64,000 nucleotides of DNA, taken from Caecitellus pseudoparvulus (lineage: Eukaryota; Protista; Bigyra: Bicosoecida). Position 1 is the stretch's first letter; every line of letters starts with the position of its first letter. The DNA lies in the NCBI GenBank assembly GCA_965644315.1, contig CBFFRQ010000068.1, positions 1,178,001-1,242,000 of the forward strand. Direction: 5' to 3'. The position numbers were made by a program, and so were the translations under genes. The notes beneath the pieces are model-generated. The model saw nothing but the letters and a program-made list of their open reading frames with translations, ran no database searches and was not told where the DNA came from. Below, piece by piece: positions 45,701 through 57,821 of this stretch.

Positions 45701-47735
45701 GTGGGACTGGCACCTCTGGCATGGCCAGAAGCCGGCCATATGCCAGCGGTGGCCCCACAGCCGTCCACAGCGTGGAGGTGCGGCAGAGGGTGTTTGCAAC
45801 TGCTGACGTCGCGAGGGCCAGTGGTGGGGCCTCCGAGGGGGCAGAGTCCACCTGCACAAGCCACGTCATGTGCTCTTGCACCCACGCAGCTGCGTCATAC
45901 AGGATACTGGCACCCATCGGAAGCCACGTGTGTGCTGCGAGCAGCGTCAGCAGCGCTGTGGCCACCCGCAGCGTCTGGTGCGACATGCGCATGCTGCTGC
46001 CCTTTGCCGGCTCCAAGCGGAAGATGGGGACGGTGTTCGGGTAGGATGTTTTGTCGAGGGTCATGTGCAGCACGAGGTGTTCAAGGGACACCGACACGGT
46101 CGTGAGAGAAACGTCAGAAGCTGCCCCCGACCACGCGCTCCAAGCAAGGCACGTTGCAGGACAGTCCTTCCAGGGGCTTGCCATCCCCCGAAGAGCATCC
46201 GATGGGAAGGCAGTCTCACGTACCTGGCACGCTTCCTCCCCATAGATGGCTGTCATGGCCCCCACATCATCCTCCAAATCCAAGAACACCTCCCCCTCGC
46301 GCGCTACGACAGGCACAGCATCCTGCACGTCCACCCCCGCAGACTCAGCGAGGGCTGCACTGCATGCCGCCTGCAACCAGCCCTCAGCGACTGGCAGGCA
46401 GTGCTCTGCGGCTGCCGACACAGCGCCAGCGTCCACGGCGCTGACGCCGCCCCTTCGCAGCGTGGCCTGGCACACGGAGTCACGGGAAGCCTGCGCGGAG
46501 ACTGCTCCCGCGCTGACCACACGCAGCTCCTTGCCCACCGGCGAAAACGCAGGTGGCAAGCTCTCCTCACTCAGGTGCAGGCAGAGCCAGTCCAGCGCCT
46601 CCGTGACGAGCGGCTGCAGCGCCACCGCGGCAGCCTTGCCGCCGGCGGGCACATATCCACTGTGCTGCACCGCCGCAGAGGTGAGCGTCGCATCCAGCGC
46701 CGGGCCCACGTCGACCGTCCTGAACCCCAGACGCACCAAAGCCGCCGTGATGTCGTCCCGGGCGGCAGCCAGCAGCTGTCCCGCCGCCTCATCCTCGGCC
46801 GCCTGATCACCCCCACCCTTGGCGCTGGCACGCTGCCGCCTGCTGGCTGCCCATGCCTTCAAGATGGCTTCAATTGACTCACGGTTGGCGCCGGACATCA
46901 TCACAGGCTGGGCGTCGGCGTGCTTGGCCGCCTCTTGCCGCTGCGTCCGGGCCCGCCGCTTTGCCTCCTTCTCTCGCCGGTGTGCGTCCGCTTCAGCCTT
47001 GGACGTGAACTTGTGTGCAGCGCTCAGTGTGCGGCCTTCTGCGTCTGGGTTGATGGTCGTCCTCTTACGTGGGGCGGGGGCAGGGGCGGCTGCCGCAGGG
47101 GGGGGTGCACCTCCCCACAGGTCCAAGCCGCCCCCCTCCTCTTCATCCTCTGCAGCTGCTGCGGGCTTAGCAGGCGCAGGGGGGCCAGTTGCTGGCTTGG
47201 ACTTGGGTTTGGAGGCCTTACTGGGGCCCTTGGAGGTCATCGCCTTCCACAGCGTCTTGTACGGTTCTGGCAGCTTCATCTCCAGCGGCAAGTCACGCTG
47301 CAGGGCCGACAGTGCCAGCAGTGCCGCACAGTGCTTGGCGTCTGCGTTGCTGTCAAACGACTCCACCGGCGTGAACAGGAGGTCCTTGTCTGTGCCAGGC
47401 TTCTTCGGGTCCTGCAACACCACCCGCATGCGCCGCTTCCCCTTCTCGCTGGCCCGGACTGTGTCGTACCGGGGCTTGGGGCGCTTCTGGCGCTGGGTGT
47501 ACTCCTGCAGCAGCTGCACCGGCGTGCGTTGCCACTCCTTCATCTCAAGTCCGCCCACTGTGATGTCCCCTCTGCTGGACACGACGGAGCCAGCACCCTT
47601 CTGGCGATGTCCCCTAGCTCTGCGTCCGCGCCCTCGGCCGGCTTGAGAGGGTGCTGCATCCCCGCCCGCCTTGCCCGCCCCACCAGTGCCCTTCCCTGTA
47701 CTCTGAGAGCTGGAGCTCTTCCCCTTCTTTGGCAT
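42774..47735 (-). CDS. DHX57: DEAH/RHA RNA helicase, DHX57/YLR419W-like
   Basis: 1653-aa ORF. N-terminal dsRBD-like LLQEYTQRQK...HCAALLAL, UBA-like ALDWLCLHL, RWD-like YPNTVP, then GQTGSGKTTQ, TQPRRIAA, DEVHER, MSAT, ATNIAETSITIDD, QRRGRAGR, HA2 and OB regions. Confidence 0.9.
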   Translation of the reverse strand: MPKKGKSSSSQSTGKGTGGAGKAGGDAAPSQAGRGRGRRARGHRQKGAGSVVSSRGDITVGGLEMKEWQRTPVQLLQEYTQRQKRPKPRYDTVRASEKGKRRMRVVLQDPKKPGTDKDLLFTPVESFDSNADAKHCAALLALSALQRDLPLEMKLPEPYKTLWKAMTSKGPSKASKPKSKPATGPPAPAKPAAAAEDEEEGGGLDLWGGAPPPAAAAPAPAPRKRTTINPDAEGRTLSAAHKFTSKAEADAHRREKEAKRRARTQRQEAAKHADAQPVMMSGANRESIEAILKAWAASRRQRASAKGGGDQAAEDEAAGQLLAAARDDITAALVRLGFRTVDVGPALDATLTSAAVQHSGYVPAGGKAAAVALQPLVTEALDWLCLHLSEESLPPAFSPVGKELRVVSAGAVSAQASRDSVCQATLRRGGVSAVDAGAVSAAAEHCLPVAEGWLQAACSAALAESAGVDVQDAVPVVAREGEVFLDLEDDVGAMTAIYGEEACQVRETAFPSDALRGMASPWKDCPATCLAWSAWSGAASDVSLTTVSVSLEHLVLHMTLDKTSYPNTVPIFRLEPAKGSSMRMSHQTLRVATALLTLLAAHTWLPMGASILYDAAAWVQEHMTWLVQVDSAPSEAPPLALATSAVANTLCRTSTLWTAVGPPLAYGRLLAMPEVPVPPPAASTGAGVSPTPDSDKPRGQGRRRGLSRRWVAQRSEELQRMQEAQDAVTGTPLRDVKGTQTRAWRVLQDVRRKLPIGDHRDALVRLSREHRVFLLCGQTGSGKTTQFPQFVLEDAFARGEGGATHVVVTQPRRIAATGVATRVAQERGEALGPSRRRGGGGGTQPLDGGKGLTVARNAVGYHIRGDANTNQETHLTFCTVGILLRQLQSGLPEHISHICVDEVHERGVDTDFLLTVLKRLLRKHAHLKVVLMSATIDAEKFANYFAPASPDGTCPVYNVPGFVHPVRELYLDDMLPDQRVLSSIRSSDLDATAPKPTVANAAWRKARHTAHSTVAACIRSIAQADASASPAAWGKKDDTGTILVFLPGVPDIRKVDNDLRGSGGSGNLHVVPLHGSLSQRDQSAVFVAAPKGKRKVVLATNIAETSITIDDCTVVIDACRVKEMQYDAATHMARLAEVWTSQASCNQRRGRAGRVMPGRCLRLLPRTMFASLAPFTTPEIQRVPLHNLCLSVMTLGIGEVRHVLGKVMDPPARASVDTALTQLAHIGAVRPRAHSVKGKAGKVLAFELTPLGRHLASMPLDVRLAKVCVYGAVLRCIDPMLTVAACLSGRSPFRNPGTDPDRRAALATAQKALAWGHSDHLTMVQAYNKWRSAQGAAARRKVAETYCLSFEALNTIQDVRRDLAAALAEVGFLPGRAGRAEREEAAESAAAAAEAMHRSVRVLGEVLEDGWGHYGECSPAANACASDATILRSALCAGLYPHVAKVVTPGDKFDETAFGATKAKFSAKELRFYTLAGSSDATPGAADADARAGPEGKGLSVWRGIPQQRVFIHPASVCFSEGNFPSPWLVYHEKVATSKVFVRDVTVASPYALLLFGGFDAVAAGAMAAVSGKAGSKGAEGDAVRVAHADGLVYVGRYEWMKFKAPARLGVLVRGLRSALDELLEWKVASPEVDISASPVVDAVLRLLAGHGY

Positions 47736-47971
47736 CGTGCTGCAGGCTTGGTAAAGGCGGACCAGCTGCGCTGCGTCTGGCCGTGCGGAACTTGGACTGC
47801 CCGCCTCTGACTGCCAACAGACCTTGGAACATCAAGCGCAATGGCACAAAATGCACAAGAACTTACTGACTGTCGCAGGCTCAAGGTTGACAGCCGTCAG
47901 TTTTGTCAAGGTGTCCAGAGTGTGTCGCCTGCCGCACCTGCAGTGGACCGCCCCTCCCGATTTCCGCAAGC

Positions 47972-49192
47972 ATGGCGGCCCAAGCTGGTGGCAGCCTAGA
48001 GGAGCGCATGGTGGAGGCGCTGGGGGCGGTGCCCGAAGGCATCAACACACAGAAGCTGCAGCGGTCCCTGAAGTGTACTGCAGCTGAGCTGGCAGCGGCA
48101 GGGAATAAGCTGCTCATGAACGTACGGGCACGCTCCTGCTTGCCACGAGGTTTGCCAGCTGCTCCACTCCTCTTGGCTGCACACAGCACCGAGTGGTCAT
48201 CCTTCGGAGTGGAACTGGGGCGCTGTTTTACAAACTGAACGAAGCCGGGCGGGCAATGAAACTGCAGGATATCCTGTGCGTCGAACGGCCCTCGCCGCCG
48301 TACGTGCACTGGTGTTGGGCTTACCCTGCGCTGCCTCTGTGCAAGCAGGCCTGAGGAGCAGCTGGTGCTGCAGCATGTGGAAAAGGCAGGCAACAAGGGC
48401 GTGTGGTTGAAGATCCTGCGACTCCAGACTCGTCTGCAGTCTGTGCGTGTTGCGCCGAGGTGGCACCCGGGGGCCCGCACCCGCACCCCTTGCCCCGACA
48501 TGCCCTCACAGGCGCAACTGAAGAAAATCCTCAAGAACCTAGCCAAACGCAAGCTGGTCAAGTCTGTCAAGAGCATCACCGCCTACCGTGAGGTTTGGGT
48601 CGCGTGGGGTGTGGAGCCCGACAAGACAGTCACCGGCGGCAAGTGGTACACGGACTCCAAGCTGGACACGTGCGTGGCCCTGCCCACACGCGCCACCCCC
48701 TGCCACACGCAGTCATGTGCGCGCACCCCTTCGCCCCGCAGGGAGTTCATCACACACCTGTCCGAGGCCGTGTACGTGGCCCTGCAGAGCGGGCCTCGCA
48801 GCAGGGCTCAGCTGCTGGAGATGCTGGCCCAGGTGGGTGTGTCCTCTGTGGCCCTCACCCCTAGCGACGTGCAGGACATCCTTGACATCCTCGTTTACGA
48901 CGGCATGGTGGAGGAAATGCCGACGTACGTCTCTGCTGGACCGGCAGTGCCATCCACGCTGGCTGCAGCCCGGGGCTTGGCAGGGGCCGGCACGCCGTCG
49001 GCTGCGGCGGGGGGAGCTGGCACCACTGCCGCGGACCGCAAGAAGTACCGTGTCAGCAAGCAAGTGGAGCACTACAACTTCATGTGCCAGGCGCCGTGTG
49101 GTGCCTGCCCCGTGCGGCAGCACTGCCACCCTGGCGGCACCATTTCCCCGGAGAAGTGTGTGTACATGGATGCCTGGCTGTTCGATGGGTGA
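47972..49192 (+). CDS. POLR3F: RNA polymerase III subunit RPC6/RPC34
   Basis: VEKAGNKGVW, KILKNLAKRKLVKSVKSI, EPDKTVTGGKWY, and the C-terminal Fe-S motif PCGACPV...C...ISPEKCVYM. About four introns. Confidence 0.93.
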
Positions 49193-49347
49193 GCGTGGGG
49201 GGGGGGGCATGCATGCCCCAGAGCGGTGGTTGATGCATAATGTTATTTCACATGTCCAAGCGTGCCCCGGAGAATCCCTGAACTGCTTTCTTTCGACTAC
49301 CACCGCACGGCACCGCAGCTGCCTCGCGCTGCCACCCTCCAGCTCAC

Positions 49348-52300
49348 ATGTTTCCAGGAGGGCGTGGGGCGGGGGGCAAAGCATCTAAAGGCCAGCTCAT
49401 CGCACAAGCCAGGGCCCAGCGAAAGGAACGGGATGGCCTTCGAGCTCAGTCTGCCCATGCAGCCCTCATCCAGCGTGTTTGGCGTGGCAGGTGAGTTGCC
49501 TGCAACGCCACTGAAACGCAGCCTGTCTGCACGGCTCGACTTGCGCCCTGCAGGCTTGCATCGCACGAGGCGTCATGCTTGATTTTGAAGGCCCTTCAAA
49601 GTAAGCAGTCTGATCTGCAGAAAGTCATGGCTGCGATGGAAGCCAGAGGAGCGCCCTTCTTCCCCCCGCTGCAGCCTCTGGTGCCCTTGCATGCAATGGC
49701 CGCTTTCCTTCTGCGCCGTGTTTCTCAACGGCAGCAAGGCTTGGACAGCCTGCCGCATGGCTGCACTTCCGAAGCCTGGTGCGCGTTCGCTGGGCAGGCT
49801 TTGGGCTGCTTTCACAGCAGTTGCTGCTCCTTGGCTCGCAGCTGCGCAGCTCCGTCCCAGCCTCCTGGGCTCAACTTGCTGCCGACCCTGCAGGCTGGCC
49901 CCGGGCATCTCCGCTCCATAGTCAAGCGCACAATTCGTGTTGGAATGGCAGGATCACTTCATGCATGCATTGTTTGGGGCGCGCTCGTGCAGCAGCTCTC
50001 TGCAGCTGAGGATGCTGTGGGGAGCACTGCTCGGCAAGCAGCTTCTGCAACTCGCGCAGCGCTGCGCCACCTTGCCCCAGCAGCGGTGAAAGCACTGCAA
50101 GGCCTGGCCACTCTACTCGAAGCACTTCCACAGGAGGTCCTGACCGATCTGCTCCCGCCGCGTGTTCTGTTGGCATGGGCACGTGGCTGCCTGCTGGCGC
50201 TTCCCCATCCCCCGTCCGAGCTACTGCACGAGGCAGGCGCAGCACGCAAAGCCACGAGCGAGTTTGGAGTAGATGCAGCGCTAGCAACGGTTGTGGGCGC
50301 CGCCAGCGCTTGCTCATTCCTCAGCCCCGCCGACTGGGGCCTGGCGTGGATGTCAGTTCCCATGCTCGCGAGGCGCATCGCTCACACCGACACTTGGCGG
50401 CACGTCGCAGCACCTGGCTCGCTGCAGATTGTGTTAAAGGCAGCTGGTGATGCTTTGCCTGTTGTGAACATTTGCAGTTCTGCTGAGGTGGGTTCGTTGC
50501 CACCCCACATTGTCGGGCGTGTCCTTCCTGGACTCGCTGCTTGCGTGGCAGAGGTGCTGCGCCCCGGCACTATGCCGATCAGGGCCGCTGGACAGAGTGC
50601 CTCTCACCACACTGACAGTGCACCACCCGCTCATGCCGGAGCTGGGGCCTCGGAGCCTCCCCAGCCAGGGTCGAACTGGCTTCGAGACTGGTGGGCTGGA
50701 GCTCCTGCTCCCTCCCCCACCGCAGCCTCCACCGCGTCGGCTGCTGGCAAGCAGGGCGATGCTGTGCAGGCAAGTGAGTGGCCATGGTGGCTTTGGCTAC
50801 TGGGCAACGCCTTGGATTTCGTGCATTTTGTGACAGTCAAGGGGGTAGTCTCTGCCGGCGGGCCGCAGGCTCTGGAGGTGCTCCTGCGCTACATCGCTCG
50901 CTGCGTCCCTTTGCTGCCCTCTAGTTTCTGGACCTCTGCCCTCCCCGTACTGTGGAAGCAGTCTGGATCGCTGCAACATGCTGAAGCCATGCCAGTGCTT
51001 CTCGTTCGTCAGCTCCGTGGCTTGTCTGACGCTGGCTTTCTTCGGGGCTGTGCTCTCGCTGCACTTCCTGATCCAAGCCAGCACCTGACGGTGCCCCGCC
51101 TGCGCTTGAGGGACAGCGAAGGAGCCACGTCGTCTGTTCCGCTGCCCGCCCCAGTGCAGAGGGGAGCAGCTTCTTGGTGGTCGCGTCTGTGGGGAGCGCG
51201 GTCGGCAGAGGACGCGTCTGCATCTGCCGGCGCCCCAAGTGGCAGCAGCGAGGCAGGCAGCTTCACTTCATGGCTGCAAGGCTCATCGCTGGCAAAGTGG
51301 CTTCGGAAGCGACCCAGTGCGGGAAGTAGTTCTGGGCAAGCCGAACATACCACTGCCAGGGACGCTGCTGATGCTGTGGCTGGCGTAGATGGCGAAATTG
51401 ATCAGCCGTGGCCTTCCGGCTTGGCGCTTGCCTTTGGAAGTGCTTTTGGGGCGCTCTTGGCCCGAGCAGCTGGAAGTTCGCGGGCTGGCATGTACAGCTC
51501 GGAAGTATTTTCAGACCACACATTGATTTCTGTTCGCAGGCTCTTGAACGGACTGGCATTCAGCCCTGACACACACATCGTCCGCCGGCTCTGGTACGCA
51601 GCTGTCCAGGCAGCTGCAGGTCCGGCAGGCACAGACGCCACAGCTCTTGAACAGCGCGCGATCCCCACGTCAGGATTCGCAGGCAGCGTCGCGCTCGTTG
51701 GGGTGGTAGAGCCGCTGAGTAGTGAGGCGGCGCTGGTCTACCTTGCCCTGCTCGCCCCGCTTGTGCGGCACCTGCTGATCGTCGTGGACGACTTTGAGCT
51801 GTACCAGCGCAGCATACCGCTACCCTTGCGGGAGCTGCAGCACCTCATCTCGGCCAGCAAAGCATGGCTGGCAAAGGCCTATGGGTATGGCGTGGGCACG
51901 TTCACAGGCGCCGCTGGGTCACTCCTGGCGGCGCCTCCGACGGTCATGTGGAGGGGGGTGGAGACGTCGCTCGTGGGCATGCTGTCTTTGCTGTTTGACA
52001 GGCACTCACGCAGGGCGCTTGGACCAGCAGACATGTTCACTCTGCCACTTGAGGCGGGCAGCAGCGCTTGGGGAGGTCTGCCAAACGCTCAGATCGCGCA
52101 GCGTTTAGTGCACCTGCTGCCGTGTGCCGTGCCCTTCCCGACAAGGCTGCACTGGTTCCACGAGGTACGGCTTGCTGAGCACGAGAAGGCAAGGGCAGCG
52201 CCTGCATACCGTTTGCGAGTCAACCGCGCCACCATTTTTGACTCATCCTTTGCTGTTTTGGGCCGGTCAGACCTCGACTTGCGGCGGCGACTGTACGTGG

Positions 52301-53313
52301 AGTTTCTCAACGAGCACGGTCTGTATGAGGCAGGCATTGACGCAGGGGGGCTCTTCAAGGAATTATGGACGACCTTGGCACAACTTGTGTTCAATCCGAG
52401 CTACGGCCTGTTCCGCGTGACGCCCGACTCCAGGCTGTACCCGAACCCACAAGCTGCCATGGCTGTGGGGGTGGAAGACGATGCCCCGCTCTTCCGCTTT
52501 GTCGGGCGCATCCTAGGGAAGGCAGCCTTTGAAGGGGTTGTGGTTCAGCCCCAATTTGCGCCATTCACTCTGGCAAAACTGCTTGGCAAGCCTGTGAATC
52601 TGCACCACCTGCCCAGCTTGGATGCAGAGCTGTACAAGAACCTCATGTTCCTCAAGACGTACGAAGGGGATGCACGGGACCTGTGCCTAACATTCACGTT
52701 GCCAGGAGATGGAGGTGACATGTCCCACGGCGGCGGTGCTGCAGCCAGGGCGGCGGCTGAAGTGCCCCTTGTGCCAGGGGGTGCCGACAAGGAAGTCACC
52801 AACTCCAACAAGGTGGCATACATTCACATGGTTGCCGACGCCAAGCTCAACAAGGCCATGGCAAAGCAGACTGAGGCTTTCGTTGCCGGTTTTCGGGACG
52901 TCATCCCAGTGGCCTGGACCAGTGCCTTTGCTGAACCTGAGTTGCAGGTGCTGCTGTCTGGCGCAGCTGGTGAGCTGGATGTGGATGACCTGCAGGCGCA
53001 CACGCAGTATGCGGGCGGGTACTTCTCTAGCAGCGCCCCTGTGCGGCACTTTTGGAGTGTCATGCGGGAGCTCAGCGGGCCCGAAAAGGCCAAGGTTCTG
53101 CGCTTTGCCACGGCGTGCGAACGCCCACCTCCGCTGGGCTTCAAGGATCTGGAGCCGCGCTTCACCATCCAGCGAGTGGCGGACACAGCCCGGCTGCCAT
53201 CCGCAAGCACCTGCTTCAACATCTTGAAGCTGCCTGCCTTCTCCTCCAAGGCTGTCCTCAAGGAGAAGCTCCTATACTCCATCAACTCGGGTGCAGGCTT
53301 CGAGCTGAGTTGA
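49348..53313 (+). CDS. HECT E3 ubiquitin ligase, UBE3B/UBE3C (UPL6/7)-type
   Basis: Spliced N-terminus MFPGG...QLIAQARAQRKER...AALIQRVWRGR (IQ motif), intron about 49490-49553, and HECT motifs EAGIDAGGLFKE and RLPSASTCFNILKLP...GFELS. Confidence 0.93.
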
Positions 53314-53506
53314 GCGCAGATGTCTGTCGGCAGCACCCTCACTCAAGGCCAGTCATAAGGCAGCCAGACACCAGAGCCAAGCACATTCACAACACAATCA
53401 CCTCCCAACCCTTGCACTGTGCTTCCCTAACCCCCAGCGTCAGTCTGCGTGTGGCTGCACGTCCACCTTGGGGAAAGGCTCTGAGAGTGCGGAAAACGAA
53501 CTCGCC

Positions 53507-54273
53507 ATGTTGGCTGCCTTGGCGTCCGCTGGGCGCGCGTCGGCGCGGTGCACAACCGCAGTGCCTGGAATTGTGCGCATGTTTGCTTCAGGTGCATCAT
53601 CCTCTGAGCCAGCTGTGCAGCGGGTTCCGCAGGTTCAGGTGTACCCGGATCAGGCCGGCCGGACAGTGGCGGAGAAGCAGCTGTTTCCGACCGAGCACGA
53701 CGCTCTGCCGCGCGTGCAAGACCACGGCTTTCTGTACTTCACCAGTGCAGAAGAGTTGGCCAACCGCAGCCCTATGGTGCAAAAGGCGCTCAGCACTCGC
53801 ACTGCGACTCTGCATGACATGCGGCGCTTCAGGAAGCACCAGCTCATCAACAAGTTCAAGACGCACACTTTTGACACAGGGTCCAGCCGGGTGCAGGGTG
53901 TGTGCTCGGGCCAGTGTGCAGTGCCCTGCGTTCTCCGCTCTTGACACGCGCGCTCTCTGCCTGTTTTGCAGTGGCCCTGCTGACGGCACGCATCCAAGCC
54001 ATGACAGCTCACCTTGCCGCCAGCCCGAGGGACAGCAAGGGCAAGCGCACGCTGCAGAGCCTCGTCGCACGTCGAAGGCAGCTGATGCAGTACATGCTGA
54101 AGCACGACTACGCCAACTACCGAGTCATCATTAAGGAGCTCAACTTGAAGGCAGTGCCTTTCAAGCTCAGCAAGTACACGGCCAGCCGGCCGCAGAAGAC
54201 GGAGCACAAGATTCTGCGTGCACGGCATGCCCGCATCAAGAACCGCTCTGGCCGTGGGCACAAGGGGCACTGA
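53507..54273 (+). CDS. MRPS15: Mitochondrial ribosomal protein uS15m
   Basis: Presequence-like MLAALASAGRASAR, then DTGSSRVQ / VALLTARIQAMTAHL...D...KRTLQSLVARRRQLMQYM. One intron. Confidence 0.88.
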
Positions 54274-54733
54274 CACTTGCCTGCTGCTACCCTCCCTCCC
54301 CGCACTCTGTGGAGGCACACTGTGGACAGGCAGCCTTGTGACTGCATACGAACCGCAGGCAGCACGCGCGTCGGGGTCACCAGGGCCACGTGCAGCAAAG
54401 GACCCCTGCAGATGCTCCTCTGCTGCGCGATGCATGCCTGGTGCAATCTTGAATGTACCCTTGCAGTTGACCTGCACGGTGCTGGCTTGTGTTGGAACCT
54501 TCCACACCGAGCCACGTAGAATGAGGGCCAAAATGAAGACAGAATCTCTACCAACTCAACGGAAGTTATCTTGGTGTTTCCACGATCCAAGACTATCGAA
54601 GGGCCAGCTGTCTCACCGCTACGAGAGCCAAGCACCCTTCGAGCTGGAGCGGAAATCGAACCACACCCGACAGCTGTGGCGGCCTGGTCGAGGAGATGCA
54701 CGGGTTCCGCTGAGGCCTTCTTCACAATCCAGC

Positions 54734-57540
54734 ATGGCGAGAATTAGCTGGCTCTCTGTTTGCTTGGGCCTGTGTCTGCTCTGCTCCAGCTGGTGGGTGT
54801 CTGCTGCGGGCATCCCGCACGTGGCATGGCTGCTCACGTCACCACGCCTGCGCGTCGCCATCTTTGCAGGGCACGCTCAGGGCGCTTCAGTGGCGCACAG
54901 GTCCAGGCCATGGTGAAGGCGGCACTTCCCGCACTTGAAGCCTACCCCCCTGCGCTGGAAGCCGCTGATTTCTGGCTTTCGGGTGTGGGCGACGCGAAGC
55001 CTGCTGGGCACACAGCAGTGTCGCCGGAAGCGTGCCGGGCAGCTCTGGCCTTTGCTGAGCTCCTTGAGGTGGGAGACACCTCTATCCCAGTAGACACTCA
55101 GTCTGCTGTGGATGTGTATACAGCAGCAGCGCTGTGCGGTGAGCCGGACGCGCAGTTCACGCTGTCAGCGCTGTACGGCCTGGGGCTGTTTGAGACGCCA
55201 CGCGACGAAGCAAAGAGCAGCCTGTACCTGAATTTCGCGGCTCTAGGTGGCAGCACAGCTGCCATGGCAGCGTTAGGGTACCGCCATCGCTCAGGTGTCG
55301 CAGCCCCCAAGGACTGTGGCACAGCCCTGGAGCAGTACAAGGCCGCCGCCGACACCACCCTGGCCGTGTGGAAGACGTGGGGCACCGCACCAGTCGTGGG
55401 ACGACAGCGGCTGCTCCAAGAAGAGCTGGGCGCAGTTCCAGATCTGGGCACTCCTTTGGCAGAGGCATTGCAGCAGGTGCATGTTGAGATGAGCCAGGCT
55501 GACTTGGACACGCCGTCCAGCCCTGGCGCCTGGATGGCGCGCCTTTCCCAAGTGCTTACAATGGCCTATGCGGCAGGAGCGCAGTGGGCACTGCCAGAGG
55601 GTGAGGATGAGGACGTTGTGGAGTTCTACCGCAACCAGGCTTCCACGAAGGCGGATGCCAAAGTGCACCTGGCCCTGGGGCACATCCACTACCACGGGCT
55701 GCGCGGTCAAGCACATGACTACGTGAAGGCCTTTGAGCACTTCGAGGCCGCCGTCAAGATGACGGGAGCTGTGGCCGAAGAAGAAGCCGCCGAAGGGAAC
55801 GAGCCTTCCCCTTCAGCTGTTCGCAACACAGCCCTGGCGCTGGTTGGGCAGTGTTTTGCAGAAGGCAGGGGCGTGCAGCGGGACGCCGCCACTGCAGTGG
55901 CTTTCTTGGAGGAGCCTGCAAAGCTGAAGCACCCCGTGGCACTCACTTCACTGGCTGCCTTGGTGCTGTCGGGGGAGTCAGACTTTGGCTTCGGCTCGGG
56001 TGAGCTGGAGGCCTTGGAGGCCGACGGGGGTGAGGGGCAGGACGAGGCACCGCCACAGGCAGCGTCCAGCGCCCTGGACCCCAGCTCTGCCAGGGATAGA
56101 GCTGTTGTAGCGACACGACTCCTGTCAGCCGCTGCTTCCTCAGGTCACATGGCAGCGCAGCACAACCTCGGCCTGCTGTACCTGCAAGGCCAGCTGGGTG
56201 AGCGCTCCTTCTCCAAGGCACGGAAGCACTTTGCCATGGCCGCACAGCAGGGTTTCATCCCGAGTCTCATGGCTATGGCCAACATGCACGCCCATGGCCT
56301 CGGGATGCCAGCTTCTTGCTCCACAGCCGTGCGTTTGTTCCGGAACGTTGTGCACCGAGGCCACTTGGCGCTCACCCTGGACTCTGCACACCGCCGCGTA
56401 CGTTCGGCAGCTCCAGCTCAGGCAGTGTTGCCCATCGCCCAGCCAACGCAAGACAGCACAAAGGTTGCCTTCCACTCCCAGCTGCGTCGTCAGAGTCCCC
56501 GGTCGTCTGATGGAGTTCTACTCGGGGCAGGGGAGTGGCTGCAAGGCGCCTACCATGGCAAGGGTGCGGAGGCGCTCCGGGGAGCTATGCTCGAGTACGT
56601 CCGTGCTGCACACGCTGGCTTTGAGGTGGCGCAGTGGAATGCTGCATTGCTGCTGAAAGTGTACGGAGCTGACGCTTTTGGCTCCATGGTGGGCGGGGGC
56701 GATCAAGCACTGGAGGAGCTTGATCCGCAGATTCAGCTGCTGCTGATGAATGCTGCCCACGGCCATGTGCGAGCTCACTTGGAGGTGGCTGATGCCGTGT
56801 TTTATGGCCGACACGGTCTGGATGCGTCGCCCATGGAGGCCTCGCACCATTACCGCGCAGCAGCTGGCTTGCGATCTGGGCAGGCACTGTTCAACCTCGG
56901 AGCCATGCACGAGTATGGCATGGGCTTGCCAGTGGACTTGCACTTGGCCAAGCGATACTACGACCAGGCACTCAAAGCTGATGAAGCAGGGTGGCTGCCC
57001 GTCACCATGGCACTGGAAGGCCTCAAACTGAAGCAGGCCGTCGCATCCTGGCTGGCTGAGCACCCGACTTGGTGTACAGCCCTGCACACTCACGCACAGC
57101 CTTTGGTTGACCTGTTGCGCTGGGCGCGGTGGGAGGGGGCTGTGCAGTGCAACGCAGCTGCAGCGAAGGACGCGCAGTCCTCTCCGCCGGTGCAAGGACC
57201 AGCAGCAGCTGGGCAGCAGCCCCCCCCCCTTGCTCAGAAAGGGGCATCCCAAAAAGAGCTGCGCGCTGCGGCTATTGCGGAGAGCGCGCGCCGGAGGCAA
57301 GAGCGCCGCAAGGCACAGGGCAAGCCCCCCTCCCTGCCCCAGCGCCTGTTTGACTCTCTGCTGAGAACTGCCCGCGCTGTTGCTCAGCACACTCGACGCC
57401 TGATGTTGAACTTGTACAGCTCAGGTTTGTCGCAGATCAGTGCAGAGGACCAGCTGTTCCTGCTCGGCACTTTGGTCGCTTGCGTCGTCATGCTGGCACG
57501 GGCGAGGGCGGCCAGGGCAGCTGCAGCTGCGCAGCAGTGA
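54734..57540 (+). CDS. SEL1L: SEL1L/HRD3-like Sel1-repeat ERAD protein
   Basis: Signal peptide, multiple Sel1 repeats (LYLNFAALGGS...ALGYRH...C, ALGHIHYHG, GFEVAQWNAA, QALFNLGAMHEYGMGLPVDLHLAKRYYD) and a C-terminal TM. Confidence 0.88.
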
Positions 57541-57821
57541 GCGCGAGTACCGCGCACATTGAGAGTCCAAGGAAAATGCGCTCCAGATAGGAACCTGCAT
57601 TCACCAGATGCTCGTGGATCGCTACCACCACCAGTGCATTGGCTTCAAGCACTGCAGCCTTGCGACACAAGTGGGGCAATTCACCTTCTCGTCCACTTCC
57701 TGCCATGGTGCACCTGATCCATCCAAGCTTTGAAGCGGGCCTGCCCGTTCCACAGCTGAGTTGCCGGGATTCAAACCAGCTTCGGGGCCGAGAGCACCAC
57801 TCCTCCTGCGCAACGAGAGTC

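Noticed and set aside
41018-49192. Pol III subunit gene near the Pol III-transcribed 5S genes
   Set aside because: They are separated by two unrelated genes, with no evidence beyond proximity.
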